Source: Parcubacteria group bacterium GW2011_GWA2_42_14 (lineage in GTDB: Bacteria > Patescibacteriota > Minisyncoccia > Sungbacterales > GWA2-42-14). From it: a DNA stretch of 64,000 bases. Each line of letters begins with the position of its first letter. Positions within the stretch are counted from its first letter, which is position 1. Under the pieces are notes generated by a model. The model ran no database searches and was not told where the DNA came from. It saw only the letters and a program-made list of their open reading frames with translations. Below are positions 40,333 through 48,963 of the stretch, piece by piece. The DNA lies in assembly GCA_000998135.1 (NCBI GenBank), contig LCCV01000005.1, forward strand, positions 157 to 64,156. The letters are read 5' to 3'. Position numbers and translations under genes: made by a program.

Positions 40333-40519
40333 GTAAAATTTAATTTATTTTTTACTTATAAGTCTTTGGGGTTCTTCGCTATTAACCCTTCAATAAATTC
40401 GGGGCAAATTCCTTGATAAACTCCCTCGATAAAACTCGGGACAAATCAGAGCAAGCAAGTCCCCAGCATTTTATCCTGAGCCCGCCGAAGGGTTGGTGCG
40501 CGGATACGGATGGAAAAAT

Positions 40520-41110
40520 CTACAACGACAAACCCTGTTGGAATTGTAAAACTTCCAAGTTACGAATTAAAATTGTCCGCTTCGTTGTCGCCGTAAGCCC
40601 TTTGTTCGGCATCATTTCAAAACCAAGATAAATACTTTCAACATTTCTTTTATTCAATTCGCGAATAGCCGGCTGTAAATCAGAATCAGAACTTCCCACA
40701 ATCGCAGTTTTTATAATTTTATCACAAGCGGCAACAACCATATCAACCGCGATACTAATATCTACGCCTTTTTCTTTAAACACCAACACATCTTTTCCTC
40801 TCCCGTCTCTCCTGTAATTGCCTCTTACTGCGCCGGAAAGAATTACCCTGAAACCCTGATTCTCCAAGTGAACTTTAAGAAGACGGCGTTGTAAAATAAG
40901 TTTCTGGGATTTTTCTTTGGTGTCCGGATGCTCTTTGATTTTAGCAAAATAAAAAATTCTTTCATCAACCTTTATCCCCTTAAGGACATGACCTAACAAC
41001 CCGCGAAAATTGTAAGTTGCCCAAACCGGAAATGACTTCTTTTCCACCTCAAATGTATCTTCCAGTTTGCCCAAAAAATTTCTTCCGTCTATAAAAAGTA
41101 TTGTTTTCAT
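40520..41110 (-). CDS. NYN (PIN-like/LabA) domain protein
   Basis: FIDGRN, EKGVDISIAVD, SSDSDL. Confidence 0.92.
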   Translation of the reverse strand: MKTILFIDGRNFLGKLEDTFEVEKKSFPVWATYNFRGLLGHVLKGIKVDERIFYFAKIKEHPDTKEKSQKLILQRRLLKVHLENQGFRVILSGAVRGNYRRDGRGKDVLVFKEKGVDISIAVDMVVAACDKIIKTAIVGSSDSDLQPAIRELNKRNVESIYLGFEMMPNKGLTATTKRTILIRNLEVLQFQQGLSL

Positions 41111-41318
41111 AGCATAATTAGCAATAAAATGAAACCCCAGCGGACCTTTCGGCTGGCTGGGGCGTTTGTAATTCTATTATACCAAACCGAACATTTTTGT
41201 AAAGAGCTTATCCACAGGCATGTTTATGCCTCTTTCCATGACTCTTTTTTTACCTTCGGCAGCCGCTTAAAATTTTCCATAACATTTTTTGATGTGCTGT
41301 ATAAATGGAAACATTCTT

Positions 41319-41819
41319 TTACAAAGTATTGATCTTTGAACCACGAAGTAATTCAAATCCTCTTTTTATAGCCTTTATTTCAGGATCTTGTTCGCCTTTC
41401 TCTTTAGTCAATATCTGACTGAGTTCGTTTTCGGCTATCCAAAGAAGTTGTGAATGAACGGCTGGGTCGAGATTGATTTTTTCGATTGCATCTTCAAATG
41501 CGGCAAAATAAATTACTTCAATCGAGTGAGATCCTTTTACATCATTGATATAAGTAAAAACGTAAAATGGATCGCCAATGATAACATGAATCCCAAATTC
41601 CTCAAAGATTTCTCTTTTCAAACCATCAATGGTGGTTTCTCCGAAATCAATATGTCCGCCAGGCAATTCAAAGACTCCTGGCAAGAACTTTTTAGTACCT
41701 GCACGTTTCGGTACAAACAATTTTTCGACGCCATCGAAATTATGATGGATAAAAGCGTAAGCAGTTATCACTTGCTGGCCTTTGGCTGGTTTTTCGCTTT
41801 CGTGAGATGTTGTATTCAT
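41319..41819 (-). CDS. NUDIX hydrolase
   Basis: ELPGGHIDFGE...LKREIFEEFG. Confidence 0.92.
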   Translation of the reverse strand: MNTTSHESEKPAKGQQVITAYAFIHHNFDGVEKLFVPKRAGTKKFLPGVFELPGGHIDFGETTIDGLKREIFEEFGIHVIIGDPFYVFTYINDVKGSHSIEVIYFAAFEDAIEKINLDPAVHSQLLWIAENELSQILTKEKGEQDPEIKAIKRGFELLRGSKINTL

Positions 41820-41825
41820 ATTTTC

Positions 41826-44558
41826 CTATTTTCCATGACATCGCTTATACTTTTTCCCTGAACCGCACGGGCAGGGGTCGTTTCTTCCCACCTCACTAGT
41901 GAGACGCGGATTTGACGCTGATCCGCTATCCGCCTGCGAGCTCAAACCGCTGATTTTACGCTGATCAAATCCGGAAGAATTAATATCAGGCCGCCGCTCT
42001 TCAACTTTTCGAAACTGCGGTTGAGCCGCAACGCCGACCTTATATATAGTATTTACCACCTGCGAACGAATGGCGGCCCGCAGTTCCTTGAAAAGGCGCG
42101 AGCCCTCGTTTTTGTATTCAACCAACGGGTCGCGCTGGCCATAGGCGCGAAGGCGCACCGAATCCCGAAGATGCTCCATAATATCCAAATGATCCATCCA
42201 GAGCATATCAATAGTTTGTAATAAAACAACTTTTTCCAGATTTCTCATGCCTTCCTCGCCTATCAATTTTTCTCGTTCGTCATAAAAATTATTCAAAAAT
42301 TCAACCGCGTGTTCCTTGATTTTTTCCCGGCCGTCTTCTTCGTTTGATTCCTGCGCCAACTCTTCAAATTTTTTATGCAATCCATCCGCCAAACCACCTG
42401 TGGTGAGCGAAGCCGAACCAGAAATTGCCCTTATAGTTTCAGAAATTTCTTCAAGATTCCAATCGGAACGATATCCGGCAGTATGAAAATCAACAACCAT
42501 AGAAACTTCCTCCTGAACAAACTCCATGATTTTTTCTTTATGAGGATGGACGCCGCTTGCGGTGAGCGAAGTCGAACCGCGCAAAATTTCGTTTCTCAAC
42601 TTATACACAAAATTCCTTTGTTTATTCATCACGTCATCAAACTCCAAAATGTGCTTGCGGGAATCAAAATGAAAGCCCTCGATTTTGGCTTGTGCCGCTT
42701 CAATGGCTTTGGAAACCATTTTATTTTCAATGGGCTGGTCTTCGGGAATTCCGAACGACTCCATCATACTTTTTATCCTCTCCGACCCGAAAATTCTCAT
42801 AACTTCATCCTCCAGAGATAAGAAAAACTGCGTTGAACCGGGGTCGCCCTGACGACCGGCACGACCACGCAACTGATTATCAATACGTCTGGCTTCATGC
42901 CGCTCGGTGCCTATGACATGGAGACCGCCTGCCCCCTTAACCTTTTGGGCCTCTTCAATGCTCGGCGGATTCCCCCCCAAAATAATATCAACACCGCGAC
43001 CGGCCATATTGGTGGCAATAGTAACGGCCCCCAAACGTCCTGCTTGCGAAATAATATTTGCTTCCCTTTCATGATTCTTGGCGTTCAAAATTTCATGCGG
43101 GACCCCATCACGTTTAAGAAGCGCGCCCAATCGTTCGTTCTTTTCAATGGATACTGTTCCCACAAGAACCGGCTGACCCAGCTTATGCCTTTCTTTAATT
43201 TCATTAACTACGGCTCTCATCTTTCCTGTTTCTGTTCTGAATATAAGGTCCGGGGAATCGCGCCGTATCAGCTGTTTATTCGTCGGAATTATAATCACAT
43301 CAAGCTTATAAACCTTATGGAATTCCTCTCCATTGGTTGCCGCGGTTCCGGTCATGCCAGCGAGCTTGGCATACATCCTGAAATAATTTTGAAAAGTGAT
43401 GGTAGCGAGCGTTCGTGACTCCCTTTGAACCTGCACATTTTCTTTGGCTTCAATTGCTTGATGAAGCCCTTCGGACCATCTCCTACCAGGCATAAGACGC
43501 CCGGTAAATTCATCAACAATAATTACTTCGCCGTCTTTCACAACATAATCTTTATCCAGATGAAAAAGCGCTTGCGCCCTCAATGCCTGCTCCAGATACC
43601 GGACATATCTGAATCCTTTTTCCTCGTATAAATTTTTAATGCCAAGGATTTTTTCAACTTTTTCAATTCCAGGTTCGGTTATGGAAACTGCTTTTAATTT
43701 ATGGTCAACGTTATAATCATTGTTTTCTTCAAGACGCGGAGTTATGCGTGAAAAAGTTTTATATAAATCCGCTGATTCTTCGTCGGGAGCGGAAATTATC
43801 AAGGGGGTTCGCGCTTCATCAATCAAAATAGAATCAACTTCATCAACAATCGCGAAATTATGCTCTCGCTGGGATAAATTATTGATGTCATAGGCCAAAT
43901 TATCCCGAAGATAATCAAAACCGAATTCGTTGTTAGTGCCATAAGTGATATCCGCTCCGTAGGCTTCGTGCCGGGAGCAAGGCCTCCAATGGTCAAGCCG
44001 CGGGTCGCCATGCGACGGCTCTGCCTGAAAATCCGGGTCATAAATTCCCGAAAAATCATGAGCGATAACACCTACTGAAACACCAAGAGCATAGTAAACC
44101 GGACCCATCCACCCGCCACCCACGCGAGACAAATAATCATTGGGAGTAACCAAATGACATCCCTTGCCGGTTAAAGAGTTTAAATATAAAGGAAGAGTGG
44201 CCACCAGTGTTTTTCCCTCGCCGGTTCTCATTTCAGCGATTTTGCCCTGATGCAAAACAATTCCGCCGATAAGCTGAACGTCAAAATGCCGCTGATTTAA
44301 TGTTCTTCGCGCGGCCTCGCGAACAGCCGCAAATGCTTCGGGCAAAATGTCATCAAGCGTTTCTCCGCCCCCCAACGGTTCGGCTTCGCTCACCGCAAGC
44401 AATCTTTTCTTAAACTCAACGGTTTTTTGCTTAAGTTCATCCGCCGACAACTTCTGAAATTCCGGCTCAAGCGAATTGATTTGGTCAACCAAGGGCTGAA
44501 CGGATTTTATATACCGCTCATTGGAATCTCCTAAAATTTTAGACAGGATAGAAGACAT
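41826..44558 (-). CDS. secA: Preprotein translocase subunit SecA
   Basis: MRTGEGKT, DEVDSILIDEARTPLIIS, QLRGRAGRQGDPG, SEC-C GRNDPCPCGSGKKYKRCHG. Confidence 0.99.
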   Translation of the reverse strand: MSSILSKILGDSNERYIKSVQPLVDQINSLEPEFQKLSADELKQKTVEFKKRLLAVSEAEPLGGGETLDDILPEAFAAVREAARRTLNQRHFDVQLIGGIVLHQGKIAEMRTGEGKTLVATLPLYLNSLTGKGCHLVTPNDYLSRVGGGWMGPVYYALGVSVGVIAHDFSGIYDPDFQAEPSHGDPRLDHWRPCSRHEAYGADITYGTNNEFGFDYLRDNLAYDINNLSQREHNFAIVDEVDSILIDEARTPLIISAPDEESADLYKTFSRITPRLEENNDYNVDHKLKAVSITEPGIEKVEKILGIKNLYEEKGFRYVRYLEQALRAQALFHLDKDYVVKDGEVIIVDEFTGRLMPGRRWSEGLHQAIEAKENVQVQRESRTLATITFQNYFRMYAKLAGMTGTAATNGEEFHKVYKLDVIIIPTNKQLIRRDSPDLIFRTETGKMRAVVNEIKERHKLGQPVLVGTVSIEKNERLGALLKRDGVPHEILNAKNHEREANIISQAGRLGAVTIATNMAGRGVDIILGGNPPSIEEAQKVKGAGGLHVIGTERHEARRIDNQLRGRAGRQGDPGSTQFFLSLEDEVMRIFGSERIKSMMESFGIPEDQPIENKMVSKAIEAAQAKIEGFHFDSRKHILEFDDVMNKQRNFVYKLRNEILRGSTSLTASGVHPHKEKIMEFVQEEVSMVVDFHTAGYRSDWNLEEISETIRAISGSASLTTGGLADGLHKKFEELAQESNEEDGREKIKEHAVEFLNNFYDEREKLIGEEGMRNLEKVVLLQTIDMLWMDHLDIMEHLRDSVRLRAYGQRDPLVEYKNEGSRLFKELRAAIRSQVVNTIYKVGVAAQPQFRKVEERRPDINSSGFDQRKISGLSSQADSGSASNPRLTSEVGRNDPCPCGSGKKYKRCHGK

Positions 44559-44633
44559 AATAACAGGTTTAAGTATATATCATTTGGCACCTTTTTTAAA
44601 GCCAACTAAAAACTGCTGTTACAGCAGTTTTTC

Positions 44634-45029
44634 CTATCTTCTCCTTTTTATCCTTGCCAAAGGGTCAACCTTTAATTCTTCCATGACAATTCTTTGCCGC
44701 CGCCTATTTTTGTCGGCGCGCTTTTCTTTATATTTTCTAAGTTCGGCAGATAATTCCGCTTGAACCATATCAATAGCAGAACGAATATCCTCCGCCTCGG
44801 CTTCAGCCCTTAAAAATACCTTCGGGAGAACCAAATTAACTTCCGCCCGCCAAATCCTGCCTTTTTGGTGATGCCTGGTTTCTCTTTCAATCTCAATATC
44901 AAGAGAGGCGGGCTTAACCAAATTTTCGTCCTTTAATAGCTTGGCAACAATCCTTACTATTTTTAAATCAACATAAACGCGCAAAGGGGCGTCAATGCTA
45001 AATCCGGTTGTTTTTAAATTGAATTTCAT
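44634..45029 (-). CDS. raiA: Ribosome hibernation factor (HPF/RaiA)
   Basis: HHQKG...AEVNL...LRAEA...SAID...LRKYK; adjacent to secA. Confidence 0.85.
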   Translation of the reverse strand: MKFNLKTTGFSIDAPLRVYVDLKIVRIVAKLLKDENLVKPASLDIEIERETRHHQKGRIWRAEVNLVLPKVFLRAEAEAEDIRSAIDMVQAELSAELRKYKEKRADKNRRRQRIVMEELKVDPLARIKRRR

Positions 45030-45294
45030 ACTTATCTTAAGTATAACAGTATAATTTATTACAAGCAAGCAAACCGGTTTGCAAACCGGTTTGCTGATAT
45101 AAGATTTATTCAAAACATGGCGCTCAATTTTATATTTATGCTCGTTTCGCCTTCAGCGAAACTGCGCGTAAACAAAATTGGCACTTATCCACAGTTGACG
45201 CAAAAAATTATTTATCATAAACTTAAAATAGTTACTCTTTTTTATTGATCGCCGGGGAGGACCCTCGCACACGCTTGCGGGGGTTTTTACAACA

Positions 45295-46617
45295 ATGAAC
45301 GGAAATCAAACAGCATTGGAAAAGAAAAAATTTCTTTTTGTATCGCTTGAATCCCTAAGCGGCGATTTGGCGTGGACGCTTAAAAAAGAAGGGCATGAAG
45401 TTAAAATTTTTATAAAATCAAAGAGCGATGCTGATGTATATGACGGTTTTCTTGAAAAGGTTTCCGACTGGGAGGAGCACACCGACTGGGCGGACGTAAT
45501 AATTTTCGATGACGTAGAATTCGGCCCGGTAGCGGAAAAACTGAAAAAAAAGGGCAAACTTGTAATAGGGGGCAACAAGTATACGGATGAACTGGAAATG
45601 AACCGGGAATTCGGACAAACGGAACTTAAAAAGTACGGGGTAAACATTCTTCCCCAATGGCACTTTGCGAATTATGACGAAGCAATAGAATTCATCAAAA
45701 AAAACCCGGACCGCTATGTTTTTAAACCATCGGGCAATATGCCATCGGGAGAAAAGGGACTGCTTTTTATCGGCCAGGAAGAAGACGGGAAAGACCTTCT
45801 GGAGCTCCTTGAACAAAATAAAACCGTATGGACAAAAAAAGCGCCGACGTTTCAGCTCCAAAAATTCATATCGGGAGTGGAAATCGCCGTAGGCGCTTTT
45901 TTCAACGGGAAAGATTTTATTTATCCCATTAACGTCAATTTCGAGCATAAACGCATCTTTCCGGGAGATATCGGCCCGTTTGCCGGTGAAATGGGGACAT
46001 TGATGTTCTGGAGCGAACCAAACCGACTTTTTAAACATACTCTTGAAAAAATGAAAGCGCCGCTGGCAGAATCGGGCTATAGCGGCTATGTGGACATCAA
46101 CTGCATCGTAAACGGAAAAGGCATCTACCCGCTTGAATGGACATGCAGGTTCGGATACCCCACTATTGAAATTCAACTTGAGGGCATTCTCATGCCGGCC
46201 GGAGAATTTCTTTATAAACTCGCGGGAGGAGAAACATTTGAACTGAAAACAAAAAAGGGATTCCAAATCGGCGTACGAATAATGGTGCCCACCTATCTTG
46301 TCCGTTCAAGCGATAAAGAGACAACGGAACTTTACCGAGACCTTCCGATTCTTTTCAAAAAAAACGACAGCCTTGAGGGCATACACATAGAAGACATTAA
46401 ATTAGCCGACGGGGTTTGGAGAATTGCCGGCGAATCCGGGGTACTCATGGTAGTAACCGGTTCCGGCACTACGGTTGAAGAGGCGCGCCGCCAAGTTTAC
46501 TCCCGCATCAAAAACATCATGGTTCCAAACATGTTTTACCGCGTAGATATAGGACATAGGTGGCTTGAAGATTCGGATAAGCTTCAGACATGGGGGTATT
46601 TGGATACCTTTATTTAA
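45295..46617 (+). CDS. purD: Phosphoribosylamine-glycine ligase-like ATP-grasp protein
   Basis: FEHKR...GEMGT, EWTCRFGYP, YRxDIG. Confidence 0.7.
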   Translation: MNGNQTALEKKKFLFVSLESLSGDLAWTLKKEGHEVKIFIKSKSDADVYDGFLEKVSDWEEHTDWADVIIFDDVEFGPVAEKLKKKGKLVIGGNKYTDELEMNREFGQTELKKYGVNILPQWHFANYDEAIEFIKKNPDRYVFKPSGNMPSGEKGLLFIGQEEDGKDLLELLEQNKTVWTKKAPTFQLQKFISGVEIAVGAFFNGKDFIYPINVNFEHKRIFPGDIGPFAGEMGTLMFWSEPNRLFKHTLEKMKAPLAESGYSGYVDINCIVNGKGIYPLEWTCRFGYPTIEIQLEGILMPAGEFLYKLAGGETFELKTKKGFQIGVRIMVPTYLVRSSDKETTELYRDLPILFKKNDSLEGIHIEDIKLADGVWRIAGESGVLMVVTGSGTTVEEARRQVYSRIKNIMVPNMFYRVDIGHRWLEDSDKLQTWGYLDTFI

Positions 46618-46723
46618 ATCGCAAATCTTTCGCGAATTTTTATCACTAATTATCGCGAATCCTGCTTAAACGAATCGTTATTAGAGATTATTAGAGAATA
46701 AATTGGAGATTGATTAGTGATAA

Positions 46724-47665
46724 TCAAAAGCCGACTAACTGTATCTCCTCCTCCAAAAAAATATTGTATTTTGTATGAACACGCTCTTTTATGAGCGCAA
46801 TCAACATCCTAACTTCTTCCGCAGTACCTCCCCTCTCATTAATAATATAATTAGCATGTTTCGGCGAGACATAAACCTTGCCTATTTTTTTATTTTTGAG
46901 TCCGGCCTGGTCAATAAGGTAAGAAGCGGGCAGAGTCGAACGATTTAAAAATTGTTGAAGGTCGATAAATTCTTTAAGCACGACCTGTTTATTTTTAACA
47001 TCCTCCCAGGGGATGTTTTTAAATATACAGCCGGCTGATTTTGTTCCGATGTCCTGCGTTTCACTTCTATGAGTCGTATATTCAAGGATTTTTTTTCGCG
47101 ACGCCCAAAGGTCTCCCGGCGGAAGAGTTAAAACCGCGGAAACAATTACAAAACTTGAAGAATGTTTAAAATAGGAATCGCGATAGTGAAAATCACATTC
47201 GGTATTGGTAAAAATTGATTTTTGAAAATCCTTGGTATTAATCGCCCAAACCGTATCAACCACATCTTTCATTTCGTTTCCAAAACACCCGGCGTTACCG
47301 CGGACAGAACCGCCGATTGTTCCCGGAATGCCAATTCCCCATTCAAATCCGCCAAGGCCGGCTTTTATTGATTCGTTAACAACTCGGGCCATGGAAACGC
47401 CGGAACTTGAATAAACTTTCTTATCCTCAATCCTCAAATCCTGCAAATCCATTTTTATAACCAATCCGTCAAATCCTTTGTCCGAAACAAGAATATTGGA
47501 ACCGGAGCCCAGAATAAAAATGGGCAATTTTTTATCCTTGGCCAAGTTCAAAACTTCTGACAAATCATCCTCCGATTTAACCACAACGAAAAACCTTGCC
47601 GGCCCCCCAATTTTAAATACGGAAAAGTCAGAAAGATTTATATTTTCCTTTATTTCTACAGTCAT
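46724..47665 (-). CDS. murB: UDP-N-acetylmuramate dehydrogenase
   Basis: FKIGGPA, GSGSNIL, GIPGTIGG..RGNAG, YRDS, SAGCIFKN, HANY. Confidence 0.97.
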   Translation of the reverse strand: MTVEIKENINLSDFSVFKIGGPARFFVVVKSEDDLSEVLNLAKDKKLPIFILGSGSNILVSDKGFDGLVIKMDLQDLRIEDKKVYSSSGVSMARVVNESIKAGLGGFEWGIGIPGTIGGSVRGNAGCFGNEMKDVVDTVWAINTKDFQKSIFTNTECDFHYRDSYFKHSSSFVIVSAVLTLPPGDLWASRKKILEYTTHRSETQDIGTKSAGCIFKNIPWEDVKNKQVVLKEFIDLQQFLNRSTLPASYLIDQAGLKNKKIGKVYVSPKHANYIINERGGTAEEVRMLIALIKERVHTKYNIFLEEEIQLVGF

Positions 47666-48094
47666 ATTTCCAATATACTGATACGCGATAATTAAAATAC
47701 CCTTCCTGAACATGGCGAAAAGGGGGTTTAACTCTCCACCGCCGCTTCGCTTTAGCGGATTGCTATTTGTTCCTTAAATTTTACCGTATGTACACGATAA
47801 AATTTCAGACAAACAGGGAACAATACTATTGTCTTTACCCCGTTACTTTCCTCCAAAAAGACCGTGATAAGGTTTAACTCCAATTCTATTGTCTTTATGT
47901 GAGTGCCTGTTATCACTGCCTATCTAGAGAAAGTAACGGGGTTTATGTGAATGCCGGCCATTATCACCCAATTCAAAAGGGGTATATATTAAATATAAAG
48001 CAAAAAATACAAACTCTGCAAATGAAAAAGCGGCATTTCTGCCGCCGTTTAAATTTCCGCGTTTATCCGCATTGCTATCCCCCGGATTGCAATA

Positions 48095-48946
48095 CTATCC
48101 GCGTTTACCCGCTTCTACAATTATCATATGCATCTTAATCGGACGCGCTCCGAGAATCAAAGAACTAAGCGATATATAATGAACTCCGGTTTCGGCGACT
48201 TCTTTTAAATCTTCGCCGCCGATGCCTGACGCCTCAAGCGTAACCAGGCAACCCGCCCTGTGAACCGCTTTCTTCATTTCATCAATTGACATATTATCCA
48301 GAAGAATATAACGAATCCTTCCGTCTCTTACAACTTCTTCCAATTGTTCCGAATTTTCCACTTCAACTTCAATCTCGACAAGATGAGATTTTTCTTCCGA
48401 GGCCTTATCAATCGCCTTTTTAATACCGCCGTAAATTTTGATATCCTCTTTTTTAATCAAAATTCCGGCATATCTTCCCGGGCGGTGATTATGAGCTCCG
48501 CCGACCTTAACGGCGTATTTTTCAAACGCCCTAAGTCCGGGCAAAGTTTTTCTCGTATCCAATAGTTTGCAATTTGTGCCACTAACTTCATTTACTTTCA
48601 TTCTGGTATTGGTCGCGATACCGCTTAAATGGCCAAGAAGATTCAAAACAATTCTGATGCCGTTTCGCAAAATTTCTTTCTCCACCCTGAATTCCGCCAA
48701 AACATCACCGGACGAGAATAATGTACCATCGTCCAAAAGCTGAACCATGTCTAAAAGATGAACGTCATACTGGGCCAAAAGGTCAAAAGCCGGCTTAATC
48801 AATCTTCCGCCGCAAAAAATTCCGACGTCTTGGACGACAATTCGGACGGTAACATATTCAGGATTCGGTCCGGGATTAACTTCCAGCGACCCCAAATCTT
48901 CCGACAAAAACTCTTCAAGCTTTCTTCGGATATAAATTTCGTTCAT
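48095..48946 (-). CDS. nadC: Quinolinate phosphoribosyltransferase
   Basis: SGIAT, DTRKTLPGLR..EKYAV, NHR, EVEVE, LLDNM, EASG. Confidence 0.93.
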   Translation of the reverse strand: MNEIYIRRKLEEFLSEDLGSLEVNPGPNPEYVTVRIVVQDVGIFCGGRLIKPAFDLLAQYDVHLLDMVQLLDDGTLFSSGDVLAEFRVEKEILRNGIRIVLNLLGHLSGIATNTRMKVNEVSGTNCKLLDTRKTLPGLRAFEKYAVKVGGAHNHRPGRYAGILIKKEDIKIYGGIKKAIDKASEEKSHLVEIEVEVENSEQLEEVVRDGRIRYILLDNMSIDEMKKAVHRAGCLVTLEASGIGGEDLKEVAETGVHYISLSSLILGARPIKMHMIIVEAGKRG

Positions 48947-48963
48947 GGCTTTTTCTCCTTTCC

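Larger units (their letters stand above)
34636..41846 (-). repeat. Array of degenerate direct repeats of the secA 3' terminus
   Basis: Copies at 41826-41846 (secA), 41267-41299, 41232-41250, 39542-39570, 39071-39094, 39005-39028, 37360-37383, 36290-36309, 34636-34655. Confidence 0.75.

Noticed and set aside
34636-41846. CRISPR array or classical integron reading of the repeats
   Set aside because: Spacing is 35 bp to 1.7 kb with whole genes between; no cas or intI gene and no evident attC R''/R' hairpins.
41208-45193. DnaA boxes TTATCCACA at 41208 and 45185
   Set aside because: Isolated single boxes, no cluster and no dnaA nearby; not called as oriC.
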